A DNA stretch of 61,793 nucleotides, filler included, from Chiloscyllium plagiosum (Eukaryota): NCBI RefSeq assembly GCF_004010195.1. It is 3 parts of one record of this genome, joined end to end, with 100 filler letters (N's around TTAATTAATTAA, not from the genome) between each part and the next. Parts side by side here need not be neighbours in the genome. Positions count along the whole stretch, not along the records: positions 1 to 26,462 come from NC_057712.1; 2 more parts are not named here. One strand, given 5' to 3'. Position 1 is the stretch's first letter. The number at the start of each line of letters is the position of its first letter. This document shows, piece by piece, positions 9,986 through 22,379 of the stretch. The notes beneath the pieces are model-generated. The model searched no databases, was not told the DNA's origin, and saw nothing but the letters and a program-made list of their open reading frames with translations. A program made the position numbers and the translations under genes.

Positions 9986-12224
9986 ATGGCAAGCCCGAAG
10001 GTCGCAAGGCCCAGCAGCACCTACGCCAGGGTAGCCGCTGCCTTGGGCTCGGCTGTCCCAACCCCGGCCGCAACCGCAACCCCCTTCAGGCACCTGACTA
10101 AACGCCTGGGGGTCAAGGCCTATCCCCACCCCAATATGTCCATCGAGGCCTGCAGCAAAGCCATGGCTAGTGTGGTCGGCCCACTGGCCATCGTCGCTGC
10201 GGCCCGGATGTACGGGAAAGCCGTCTTTTTCCTGAAGACCGAGCAGGCGGTCCACCTGGCCGTGGAGAGGGGGCTCGCTGTGGGCGGGACACATTTGCCC
10301 GTCGACCCTCTGGAGGTTACGGCCCAGAGGGTCGTGATCTCTAACGTCCCGCCCTTCATTGCCAGCGAGCTCCTTCTCCCCCACCTCACCACCCTGGGGG
10401 AGATCCGGTCAGGGGTCCAGCCGCTCCTGCTCGGTCTGAAGGACCCCGCCCTCCGACACATATACTCCTTCTGACGCCAGGTGTTCATTTGCCTGGCCCG
10501 GGAGGAGGTCACCGAGGGCTCTTTCACCGTCCTCCACGAGGCCTATCGCGCCTTCTGGACGGCGGACGGCGTGCGGTGCCACCTGTGCCTCGAGATGGCA
10601 CATTAGAAAAAACTGCCCCACCCAGAAGGCTGCCCAGCCCACGCCAATGGCTGATGGTGGTCCGCCGCACCCACTCCCCCTCCCCCAAAGTCAACACCAC
10701 AAGCCCCGGCAGCGGGGGCTAAGCCGGGGGCTTCCAATGCCTCAGTCTCTGGCGGGGAGGGGGGTGAGCGTCCGACCGGCCAGAGGGTGCTCAGGAAGAC
10801 GCAACACGTCAGGCCCACCCACGGGGAGACCACCCTATCCCCTTCCCCGACACCTAGTCCACGACCTGCCTTGCCCCGGCATGAAAATGCCCCTGCGGCC
10901 GTGCAAGTGTCACCCCGGCGTGGGAACCCTGACCCTCAAACCCGTACCTGATCCTGGCCCCACTGACCCCACGTCCACCCCCCACCCCGATAGAGAAACC
11001 CCTGGGGCTTCATCCCCTGCCCCTGGCACTGCAACACCTGGCCCGGGGGCCCCTGAGCCCGAGCCACACCCTGGCACTAACCTGGGGGGACCACCGCTGC
11101 CCCACCTCCTGCAGCGACCGTGTCTATGGGCCCCGGAGAGGGAACTGGGCTCCTGCCCTGGCCCCGCCCACCATCACCTGATAAACCGGGCTGGGGCAGG
11201 GCAGGAAGTGACATGGATGACCTCCCCACCCTGGCCACGCCCCCTGTCTTCCCCCAGCCAATCGTGTTCCGGGAAAGGCTGGGGGACGGGACCTCAGGCC
11301 CCATGAGCACCAAGGTGGGCGGGGAGGGGAAGGCCCATAAATTCCCCCCGTCTCGCTGGGGGAGAGGCGCTGGCCCTTGGAGGGGAGAGATACTCCAGCA
11401 ACATACTGGTGGCACTGCTTCTCTCAAGGGAAAGGGCCTATGGTGCTTCTTGACCCTCCCCTCGACTACAGAAGGGCCTCCTGCTGCCTCAACCCCTCCG
11501 GCCCCTGGGGAGGACTTTAATAACTATATGGGCCGTGGTGCGGAGCGACAATGGAGGATCCTCTGCTGGGTCGTCGAGCGGTGGAGGGGAGGAAGTGGTT
11601 ATCCTCGCTCCTCCCTCCCAGACTGTTTTTCCGGGGGCCTTGGCCCTGGGGGATGACCTTTTCCTGGGGGATGACCTTTTCCCCGAGGAGCCAGGCGTCC
11701 CGGTGTCGGGAGAGGAGCGGGGCCCAGAGCCTCTGCCGCCCGACAACCCGAACTCGGGGCATTCCGGGAAGGGGTGTGTCGAGGAAGGTACCGCCGGTGA
11801 CCCTGGGGGTGGGGTCGCCGGGGGTTTGAGGCCGGTTGGCGGCGCCGGACCAGCCCCCATCCCCTCGGTGGGGGAGGGGTCGGTGACCGAGGGCGACCTC
11901 CTGGAGGGGGGTTTGGGATCGGTGGCGGACACCGGGGACGACGCGGACTCCGTCTGCAGTGACTTTTTCGAGTCCCGGGTGCCCCCCACCGATCTCCCCC
12001 TCGAGGAACTCCGGGAATTTGTCGAGGAGACTCGGAGTCGTCGGGATAGAGCCCAACTGGCGCTCGACCGCTGGAGCTCCTTTGAAAAAGTTTACTGGTC
12101 GGCCCTCGCTGCCCGCCAGGTGCCTGGGCTCGATGTGAACGAGCGAAAGCGAGTCAGGAACTTCCTGGGGGCACTCCTGGTGAGGGCGAGGGACCCCAGT
12201 GCCCCTCCCTCGTCCTCCCAGTAA
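9986..12224 (+). pseudogene. Tx1 ORF1 (gag-like, zinc knuckle), with a premature stop at 10472 and frameshifts
   Basis: MASPKVARPSSTYARVAAA...YGKAVFFL...VVISNVPPF; knuckle 'VRCHLCLEMAH.RKNCP' near 10570-10620; Pro-rich middle; ends ...RNFLGALLVRARDPSAPPSSSQ*. Confidence 0.8.
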
Positions 12225-12626
12225 ATGTATATATCGGTTTTTTAACTGTACTGCTGGTGGTTGCACAAAGCTTCCGACATGGAGACGACTATAGCCAGCC
12301 TCAACATCAACGGCAGCAGGGAGTCGCAGCGCAGATTCCAGACCCCCTCGGTCCTTCGGGACGGGAGGTATGCGGTGTGCTTCCTGCAAGAAACCCACAC
12401 TACCCCGGGAGACGAAGCCACCTGGCTCCTGGAGTGGCGAGGGGGGGTCTACATGAGTCCCCTCACCTACGCCTTTTTGGTGGAATCTGAAGCTGTAACA
12501 AAGTTGGGTCACAATAAAGGTTACCTCACTCCTGGTGAGGGCGAGGGACTTCAGTGCCCCTCCCTCATCCTCCCTGTAGATAGGTTTGTTAGTTGTACTG
12601 GTGGTGGTTGCACAACGCTTCCGACA

Positions 12627-15600
12627 TGGAGACGACTATAGCCAGCCTCAACATCAACGGCAGCAGGGAGTCGCAGCGCAGATTCCAGACCCTCTCGGTC
12701 CTTCGGGACGGGGGGTATGCGGTGTGCTTCCTGCAAGAAACCCACACTACCCCGGGAGACGAAGCCACCTGGCTCCTGGAGTGGCGAGGGGGGGTCTACA
12801 TGAGTCACCTCACCTGCAGATCTGGCGGGGTGACTACCTTGTTGGCCTCGTATTTTCAGCCGGAGATCTTGGGGGTCAGGGAGCCGGTGCCAGGCCGTTT
12901 GCTTCACCTGACGGTTCGGCTGGGGGGCGCGGTGCTTCACTTGGTGAATGTCTACGCTCCCCTGGCCGGGCCGAGGCAAGCGAGCTCCTTCGAAGAAGTG
13001 TCTGCTCATCTCGCTTCCATCGACGAGGGCCAGTGCGTCGTCCTCGGGGGAGATTTTTAACTGCGTCCTCGAGGGCAGGGACCACGGCGGTGCCCGCACT
13101 GGCTGCGCGTCAGGGAAGAGGTTGGGGGACTTGGTCAAGTCCTTCGACCTGGTGGACGTCTGGCGGAATCTCCATCCCGACTCCATCGCCTTCACCTTCG
13201 TGAGGCCTGGGGTCGGAGCGTCCAGAATCGACCGCCTGTACGTTTCGCGGGCGTACGCCTCCTGTTTTCCGAAGGCCTCCACGCAGCAGGTGTCGTACAC
13301 GGACCATCACCTGGTGTGGGCGGAACTCCTTCCGTTCGGCGCCAGGCTGGGCTCCCCGTACTGGCACTTTAACAACCTGCTGCTGGAGGACGAGCGGTTC
13401 CAGGACTCGTTTCGTCGTTTCTGGGCCGGCTGGAGAAGGAAGCGGGGAAGCTTCCCCTCCCTGAGGCTATGGTGGGACGTGGGCAAGGCTCACGTCCGCG
13501 TCTTCTGTCAGGAGTATGCGAGGGGGTCGACAAAGACGGGAAATCCAGGATCGGGGAGTTGGCGAGGGAGACATGGACCCGGCCCTGCTCCTTGTGCTGC
13601 TGGCCGACGACGAGTCTCTCATCTCTGATCCGGAGGGTATCAGGGCCCACGTCGGAGACTATTACACGGCTCTCTTCTCTCCGGATCCATCCAGCGAGGA
13701 TGCTTGCAGAGTTCTGTGGGAGGACCTGCCGCAGCTCGGCCCGGAGGACGCCGGAAAGCTCGACGCTCCAGTAACCTTAGAGGAGCTGACCGGCTCTCGA
13801 GGGGCAAATCCCTGGGGGTTGGATGGACTGACTGTGGAGTTCTTCAGGGCGTTCTGGGACGTCCTGGGGAGCGATTACGCACAGGTCCTGGGGGAGTGCC
13901 TAAATGCCGGAGAGCTGCCCCTTTCTTGGCGCAGGGCGGTCATCGTCCTGCTGCCAAAGAAGGGGGACCTTCGTTCTTTGAAGAACTGGTGTCCGGTCTC
14001 CCTCCTCAGCACGGACTACAAAATCTTCACCAGGGTGTTGTCTTCTGGCCTGGCCTCCGTGCTGGCCCACATGATTCCCCGGACCAGTCCTACACGGTCC
14101 CGGGCCGGAGGATACACGATAACGTCCACCTGGTCCGGGACCTGATTCGTTTCTGTCGATGGGCTGGTCTGCCGAGCGCCTTCCTGTCTCTCGACCAGGA
14201 GAAGGCGTTCGACAGGGTCGATCACGAGTTCCTGCTCGGGACTCTGCGGGCATTCGGGTTCGAGACGCAGTTCGTCGCCCGGATCCTACTTTTGTACGCC
14301 GCCGCAGAGTGTCTGGTTAAAGTTAACTGGTCCCTGACGGCGCCACTTCACTTCGGGAGAGGAGTGCGTCAAGGCTGCCCCCTGTCCGGCCAGCTGTATT
14401 CCCTGTGCGTGGAGCCTTTCCTGCGCCTCTTGCGGAGGAGGTTGTCGGGGCTGGTTCTACGCGGCGCGGGCACGGGGGTGGTCTTCTCGTCCTATGCCGA
14501 TGACCTGCTCCTCACCTTTCACCGACCCGGCTGACCTGGGGAGGATGTGTGAGTGCCAGGCCATGTACTTGGCAGCGTCTTCCGTCAGGATCAACTGGGC
14601 CAAATGTTCTGGACTACTGGTCAGTCTGTGGCGGGAGGACTCTCTTCCGGAGGAGTTACGGGGGTTCAGCTGGAGTACCACCCATCTCCTCTACCTGGGG
14701 GTCTACTTCAGCCGGCTGAGGAATCCTGGCCGGCCAACTGGCAGGAGCTGGAGGCCAAAGTCACGGCTCGCCTAGGCCGCTGGATAAGACTGCTCCGAGT
14801 ATTATCTTACAGACATCGAGTGCTGGTCATAAACCAGCTGGTGGCCGCCATGCTGTGGTACCGGCTGGTCACTTTGGTCCCTCCTCCTGGCTTTGTCGCT
14901 GACATCCAGAGAACGTTGGTCGACGACTTCTGGGACAAAAAGATGCGCTGGGTCGCTGCGCAGGTTCTGAGTCTCCCTATTGAGGAGGGCGGTCAGTCGC
15001 TGGTGTGCATCCGCACCCAGGTCGCGACGTTCNNNNNNNNNNNNNNNNNNNNNNNNNNNNNNNNNNNNNNNNNNNNNNNNNNNNNNNNNNNNNNNNNNNN
15101 NNNNNNNNNNNNNNNNNNNNNNNNNNNNNNNNNNNNNNNNNNNNNNNNNNNNNNNNNNNNNNNNNNNNNNNNNNNNNNNNNNNNNNNNNNNNNNNNNNNN
15201 NNNNNNNNNNNNNNNNNNNNNNNNNNNNNNNNNNNNNNNNNNNNNNNNNNNNNNNNNNNNNNNNNNNNNNNNNNNNNNNNNNNNNNNNNNNNNNNNNNNN
15301 NNNNNNNNNNNNNNNNNNNNNNNNNNNNNNNNNNNNNNNNNNNNNNNNNNNNNNNNNNNNNNNNNNNNNNNNNNNNNNNNNNNNNNNNNNNNNNNNNNNN
15401 NNNNNNNNNNNNNNNNNNNNNNNNNNNNNNNNNNNNNNNNNNNNNNNNNNNNNNNNNNNNNNNNNNNNNNNNNNNNNNNNNNNNNNNNNNNNNNNNNGAC
15501 CCGACGTAGTGCACCAGTTGGAGGACGCTCAGGTGTGCGGTGGGATCCCGTCCGCGCTCACCCTAGCCCGGACGGAATTTCACATTGGCCCCAAGGTCCC

Positions 15601-16205
15601 GTACTTCCCGCGGGAGCCTGTGCCCCACAACCTGAGCCGCCTCCGGAATTTTAATTTTGTTCCCTTCCAGGGGATAAAAAGGCGGGCCCTGTATAGACTG
15701 CTGCTGCACACCATCCACCTCTTCTCCCTCATCCACCGTCCGGACACGCCTTGGCGTGCCCAATGGCCACCGGGTGTGGGGATCCCCAGTGGAGGGCTCT
15801 CTACGCAGGAGTCCTCCCCCTTTCCCTCGGGGATCTGGGGTGGAGGGTGCTGCACGCAGCAGTCCCCTGCAACCGCAGATTGCGGTGGTTCACAGACTCC
15901 CAGCCCAACTGCCTGTTTTGTGGCGCTGTGGAGTCCGTGGACCATGTATATATTGGGTGTGGGCATTTGCACTCCCTTCTTGATTTTCTTAAAAACCTCC
16001 TCCTCTGCTTTTGGTTGCACTTCAGTCCCACGCTCCTGATCTTTGGGCACCCGGTACACAGGAAGGAGGGCAGGTCTGAAGACCTCCTCGTGGGTCTACT
16101 CCTGGGCCTGGCCAGCCTGGCCAAACTGGCCATCAACAGGTCGAGGCAGCGGGCCGTGGAGGGGGTCGTTAGGGCCGACTGCCTCCGCGGTTACCGCGGT
16201 TACAT
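12627..16205 (+). pseudogene. Tx1 ORF2 (APE endonuclease-reverse transcriptase-zinc finger), frameshifted, spans an N gap
   Basis: Consecutive ORF-track fragments 12593-13060, 12948-13628, 13516-14145, 13704-14534, 14494-14775, 14553-15032 and 15751-16230. Confidence 0.88.
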
Positions 16206-16255
16206 TAGCACTACCGCAGTTAGGGGATAGTGTGGAGGTTAAAACAAAAAAAAAA

Positions 16256-16872
16256 TAGTGTTTTTGATGTGAAGGGCACTGCTTGTCACTGGCCACTTGG
16301 GTATTTTCCTATCTTCCTGGTGGTGGAAATTGAATAAAGATTCGTGCACCTTGTGTCTCTCAGTGTCTCACACCTACACACACAGCATGCGTGCTGGGGA
16401 AAAATAAGCACTACCGCAGTTAGGTAGTAGTGTGGGGGTTAAATTTTTAAAAATATATAAACCAGAGAGCTCCCTCTAAATCTATTTTGATTTAGTCCCT
16501 ACCCTCCCCTTCACTGTTTTGAGAAAAGGGGAAAAAAAAAATAAACAGGAATGCTCCCTATCAAAAAAAAACAGGGGATCACACCTGCACACACGCACAC
16601 CATGGGTGCTGGGGATAAAAATAAGCACTACCGCAGTTAGGGGATAGTGTGGAGGTTAAAACAAAAAAAAAAATAGTGTTTTGATGTGAAGGGCACTGCT
16701 TGTCACTGGCCACTCGGGTGTAAAAAGAAAGAAAAAAGAAACAAAAATAACAGGGGGTCACACCTGCACACACACAACATGGGTGCTGGGGAAAAATAAG
16801 CACTACCGCAGTTAGGCAGTATGGTGGGGAAAGAAAAGAAAACAAAAAGAGAAAAAGTAAAAGGAAAAAAAA
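16256..16872 (+). repeat. Downstream array of short Tx1 3'-end fragments, each with an A-rich tail (about 16263, 16470, 16554, 16579, 16680, 16758)
   Basis: Pieces match the 8102-9110 units (TTGATGTGAAGGGCACTG..., CACACCTGCACAC..., AGCACTACCGCAGTTAGG). They are separated by A-runs, and most junctions carry an ACAGG-like linker. Confidence 0.85.
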
Positions 16873-17620
16873 ATGAACAGAGTATTCAGAACCTCCTCAG
16901 TTCAGGGACTGACTCCAAGCAGGCTGTAAATGAAGGGTAACTTTGTGATGGGATACCAGCCTCTGCGCAATTATTTCACAGTCCATGTCCAAACACAGCA
17001 AGACCTGGACAATATCCAGGCTTCAGCTGAAACGTGGCAAGTAACATTCGTGCCCCACAAATGCTAGGTAATGACCATCTCCACTAATGATGTAGAGGTG
17101 CCAGAGTTGGACTGGGGTGCACAAAGTCAAAAATCACATGGCACTAGGTTATAGTCCAACAGGTTATTTGAAACCACAAGCTTTTGGAGCACTGCTCCTT
17201 CATCAGGTAGCTGGTAAGAGAGAATACATCAGACACAGAATTTATAAGTAAAAGATCAAAGGATCATACAACTGATGCGAATGTATTGAACAAGCTGAGA
17301 TGGCAATTAAGTCTTTAATCAGTTAGAGTCGAGATACAGGTTTCAATTGGTTAATATGTAAATCCTGGAATTTCTTTCAAGTCACTGCCCAAGATAATTT
17401 AAGGTTTTATCAGAATTAAGATGACATCTCAAGTCAGACAATGCATTTTCGGTGAGAGGCCTTGTTTTGAGTCTGTGTTTCAACTTGGAGTCAGACTGGC
17501 ATTATTTCCAAAGAAGGAATTTATAAAATGCCACATTAACTGACTGTCGTCAGATCGTGTACTTTTTGAACAAAATAGAATGTATCTGTGAATATAAATC
17601 TGCAAATTCACCCCACAGAT

Positions 17621-17925
17621 TGTGTGTGTGTGTGTGTGTGTGTATGTGTGTGTGTGTGTGTGAGTGTGTGTGTGTGTGTGTGTGAGTGTATGTGTGTGTG
17701 TGTGTGTATGTGAGAGAGAGAGAGAGACAGACAGTGCATGTGTGTGTGTGTGAGGGAATATATGTGCATGAGAGTCTATGTGCTTGAGAGTGCGCGCAAG
17801 TGTGAGGGGGTATATGCCTGTAAGAGAGTGTGCGTGAACATACAGGTGAGTGTAAGAGTATGTGTATGAGAGAGGGTCTGTTTGAATGTAAATGTGTGTG
17901 TTTATGTGAGACAGTGTGTGGGTGA
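17621..17925. repeat. (TG)n/(GA)n microsatellite-rich tract inside the PLE 3' region
   Basis: Directly visible dinucleotide runs. Confidence 0.9.
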
Positions 17926-18687
17926 GAGCGTGCAATGTTGTGGGGTCACCTATAGTGTGCCATGAACCCAAGATTCCGTCCTCGTGGGTACCGAACTTGG
18001 TTATCAGCCTCTGCTTGGTGATTCTGTGTTGTTGCATATCCTCAAGTCCACCTTGGAAGACATTCACTCAAAGATCTCATCTGCTGATTTGTATTTGCAG
18101 ATACATTCTACTTTGTTCAACAAGCACACACTCTGTAAACAGTCAATCAATGTGGCATTTTTAAAATCCCTACTTTGGAAAGAAAACCTGACTCCAGGTT
18201 AAAACACAGACAGACTTGAAACAAGGCCTCACATCTAAAATGCATCGTCTGGCCTGTGATGCCATCTTGATTCGGATAAAACTTTAAGTTGTTTCCGGAA
18301 GTGAGTCGAAAGGAATTCTGGGATGTACGTGTTAATCAATCAAAACCTGCATCTCCATTCTAACTGATGAAAGACTTAATAGCCATCTAGATTTCAAACA
18401 CAGAATGCAGAACAGTGCAGCACAGTAGAGGCCCTTCGGTCCATAATGTTGTGCCAAGCATTTATCTTAATTGAAGATAAACCTAACCTACACATCCCTC
18501 AATTTACTGCCGTCCATGTGCTTGTCCAGCAATCATTTAAATGTCCCTAATATCTCTGACTCTACTACCACTGCCGGCACTGCATTCCACACACCCACCA
18601 CTCTCTGTGTAAAGAACCTACCTCTGACATCTCCCCTATACTTTCCTCCAATCACCTTAAAATTATGACCCCTTGTGACAGCCATTT

Positions 18688-21095
18688 TCAGCTTGTGGAC
18701 AAGAAAGATTTCTTAGCAGCATTACAAACAACACTGAAAGACAATCAACTCACAAAAGAAACCCAGCCAACCATCAGACAGGTAGTCGCACCAACATTAA
18801 ACAGAAAAAAGGAAGGAAACACACTCAATACACAAGAAAGGAAAGCATTGGAAAAACTAAAAAAAGATAAAAACATTGTTATCCTACCTGCAGACAAAGG
18901 ATTCTTGAGAGTCATTTTAAATCAAAGAGACTACATTGAAAAAGTGAACGCACTACTTGCAGATACCAACAAGTGTCGATAGACCCGACCCCACAACTGA
19001 GTCACAACCCTAGTCAAAAAACTTCAGAAATCTGGAGAAATAAATAAGACTGACTTCCAAAAAATGAAACCAGATGGATCCAACACACCACGTTTCTATG
19101 GATTACCCAAAATTCACAAACCAGGAGCCCCCCTCAGACCCATAATCTCGCTACTTGGAACACTAATATACAGACTGGCCAAGGAGCTACACCAAAGACT
19201 AAAATGCTTAGTAGAAGACTCACACCACTCCATCCATTCCACACAAGAAGACACTAAGATAGAAGAGGATGAAATAATGGTCTCCTTTGATGTAGCAGCC
19301 CAGTTCACATCTATTAACGTCAACCTGACCACTGTTAGAAGACCCAAAGACACATACACCAAACACCACCAACTTCATCAGCAAGGACAGTATCGTCAAA
19401 CCTCACCACCCACTTCACCTTCAACAACAAAATCTACAGACAAACCAACTGAACACCCATGGAATCTCCGATATCTGGGTTCTTAGCAGAGGCAGTAATG
19501 CAGAGACTTGAGCAAACAGCTCTGCCAACCATCCAACCCAATCTTTGGGTTTGCTACGTGGATGACACTTTTGTCATCACTAAATGAAACAAATTAGAGG
19601 AAACCTTCAAGACCATCGATAATACCCTTACTGGCATAAAATTCCCTAAAGAGGGGGAAAACAACAACAAACTGCCATTCCTAGATGTCGCAGTAGAACG
19701 AACAGCCAATGGGGAACTTCAAACCAGCATCTACAGGAAAACAACACATTCTGACCAAATACAGAAGCAATCGTCCCAACACCCACAAACGAAGCTGCAT
19801 CAGAACATTATTCCAACGAGCCAACACACATTGCAGCACAGAGGAACTATGCAGAACAGAGGAAAATCACCTATACCGTGTATTCAAAAAGAATGGGTAC
19901 CCAGTGAACACAGTCCACCGATCTCTCAGCAACAAACCCAAACAAGCAGACAAAGTACGTCTAGAAACACTAGCCACTCTCCCCTACATCAAAGACATCT
20001 GGGAAATGACTGCCAAACTACTCAGACCTTTTGGCATCATGGTAGCCCACAAACCCACCAACACACTAAAACAGCAGCTAATGAACTTGAAAGACCCTAT
20101 ACAGACAACATGCAAAACTAATGTCATTTATAAATTACCTTACAAGAACTGTAACACACACTACATTGGACAAACAGGCAGAAAACTAGCTATCAGGATA
20201 CATGAACATCAACCAGCCTCAAAACAACATGACCCTCTCTCACTANNNNNNNNNNNNNNNNNNNNNNNNNNNNNNNNNNNNNNNNNNNNNNNNNNNNNNN
20301 NNNNNNNNNNNNNNNNNNNNNNNNNNNNNNNNNNNNNNNNNNNNNNNNNNNNNNNNNNNNNNNNNNNNNNNNNNNNNNNNNNNNNNNNNNNNNNNNNNNN
20401 NNNNNNNNNNNNNNNNNNNNNNNNNNNNNNNNNNNNNNNNNNNNNNNNNNNNNNNNNNNNNNNNNNNNNNNNNNNNNNNNNNNNNNNNNNNNNNNNNNNN
20501 NNNNNNNNNNNNNNNNNNNNNNNNNNNNNNNNNNNNNNNNNNNNNNNNNNNNNNNNNNNNNNNNNNNNNNNNNNNNNNNNNNNNNNNNNNNNNNNNNNNN
20601 NNNNNNNNNNNNNNNNNNNNNNNNNNNACCAGAATTGCACGCAATATTCCAACAGTGGCCTAACCAATGTCCTGTAAAGCTGCAACATGACCTCCCAACT
20701 CCTATACTCAATACTCTGACCAATAAAGGAAAGCATACCAAATGCCGTCTTCACTATCCTATCTACCTGCGACTCCACTTTCATGGACCTATGAACCTGC
20801 ACTCCAAGGTCTCTTTGTTCAGCAACACTCCCTGACCTTACCATTAAGTGTATAAGTCCTGCTAAGATTTGTTTTCCCAAAATAAGTGATGTCACCACAG
20901 GAAATGACATCACCAACCCAAGGAAACCCAAACCCAAATAGAAAGTGGGCTACTCCACCAGTGCTTCATCCAGAGGCTCACTGAAGACATTACCTAGCAT
21001 GGTGAAAAAAAGTCTGAAAATGAACCTTCCAGCTCAGTGAGCAAACCTATGTCCAGAACCTCAACCTGAGATACAAACCTTCTGAAAACCCACTA
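18688..21095 (+). mobile_element. Penelope-like element (Poseidon-type RT plus GIY-YIG), with a CR1 piece (20628-20880, minus) inserted
   Basis: 'ILPADKG', 'PRFYGLPKIHK', 'SFDV', YVDD near 19555, 'VIYKLPYKNCNTHYIGQTGR'; pLTR at 20885-21095; TSD ACAGCCATTT at 18678-18687 and 21096-21105. Confidence 0.9.
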
Positions 21096-21843
21096 ACAGC
21101 CATTTCTGCTCTGGGGAAAAGCCTCTGGCTGTCGGCTCTATCTATGCCTCTCATTACCTTATGCACCTCTATCAAGTCACCTCTCTTCCTTCTTCTCTCC
21201 AGTGTGAAAAGCCCTAGCTCACTCAACCTCTCTTCAGAAGACATGCCCTCTAGTCCAGGCAGCATCCTGGTAAATCTCCTCTGCACCCTCTCTAAAGCAC
21301 CTACATCCTTCCTAATAATGAGGCGACCAGAACTGGACACAATATTCCAAGTGTGGTCTAACCATGGTTTTTATAGAACTGCAGCAAAACCTCGTGGCTC
21401 TTAAACTCAATCCCCCTGTTAATGAAAGCCAAAACACCATATGCCTTCTTAACAACACTTTCAACTTGGGTGGCAACTTTGTGGGATCTATGTACATGGA
21501 CCCCAAGATCCCACTGTTCCTCCACACTGTCTTTAACTCTGTATTCTGCATTCAAATTTGAACTTCCAAAATGAATCACTTTGCATTTATCCAGGTTGAA
21601 CTCCATCTGCCACTTCTCAGCCCAACTCTGCATCCTGTCAATATCTTGTAGCCAGCAGCAGCCCTCAACACTATTGACAACACCAGTGACCTTTGTGTCA
21701 TCGATAAACTTACTAACACAACCTTCCACTTCTTCATCCAAGTCATTTATAAAAACCACAAAGAGCAGAGGCCCAAGAACAGAGCCCTGCAGGACACGAC
21801 TGGTCACCGATCTCTAGCCAGAATATTTTCCATCCGCTACCAC

Positions 21844-22090
21844 TTACTGTCTTCTTTCAGCCAGCCAATTCTGTTTCCAGACAGCTAAATCTCCCTGTAT
21901 CCCATACCTCCTAACTGTCCCATACCTCCTTACTGTCTTCTTTCAGCCAGCCAATTCTGTTTCCAGACAGCCAAATCTCCCTTATCCCATACCTCCTAAC
22001 TGTCCCATACCTCCTTACTGTCTTCTTTCAGCCAGCCAATTCTGTTTCCAGACAGCCAAATCTACCTGTATCACATACCTCCTAACTTTC
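21844..22090. repeat. About 85-bp unit x3 tandem duplication inside the CR1
   Basis: TTACTGTCTTCTTTCAGCCAGCCAATTCTGTTTCCAGACAG... begins near 21844, 21930 and 22015. Confidence 0.9.
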
Positions 22091-22379
22091 TGAATGAGCC
22101 CACCATGGGGAACCTTATCAAATGCCTGACTTAAATCCATATGCACCATATCCACTGCTTGACCTTCGTCAACTTGTCTCGTCACATTCTCAAAGAACTT
22201 AATGAGGCTTATGAGGCATAACCTGCCCCTCACAAAGCCATGCTGACTATTTTTTTTAATAAATATTTTTATTGAAAAGAAAAAAACTTTTAGGTTTTTT
22301 ACAAAATTACAAACCTAATACAAAATAGTACAATCTCTTTACAGTATAGTGACAATATCAGTATTAACAAAACTCACTA

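Larger units (their letters stand above)
9145..16255 (+). mobile_element. Near full-length Tx1-clade (L1 group) non-LTR retrotransposon, GC/CpG-rich, inactivated by frameshifts and deletions
   Basis: 5' UTR with internal repeats. ORF1 has a CCHC knuckle. ORF2 has APE ('SLNING','FLQETH','GGDF','SRIDRLY','TDH'), RT ('LDQEKAFDRVDH','GVRQGCPLSG','YADD') and C-terminal 'CLFCG..ESVDH..C'. Ends in a 3' hairpin and A tail. Confidence 0.92.
8011..16978 (+). mobile_element. Short solo-LTR-like repeat (about 190 bp: 8011-8100 plus 16872-16978) split by the Tx1 array
   Basis: Ends are TGA...TCA. The left half has CCAAT (8059-8063) then AATAAACAGG. The right half resumes ...AACAGAGTATTCAG...TGTAAATGAAGGG...GGGATACCAGCCTCTG...TTATTTCA. 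It interrupts a CR1 fragment. Confidence 0.6.

Noticed and set aside
9420..12512. Many overlapping Pro/Gly/Arg-rich ORFs on both strands
   Set aside because: This is expected from the high GC of the Tx1 5' UTR and ORF1. Only the frames matching Tx1 ORF1/ORF2 motifs are credible.
14553..16039. Long ORFs spanning N runs (also 19709-20937, 40747-41594, 48299-49081)
   Set aside because: Their length is inflated by X residues from assembly gaps.
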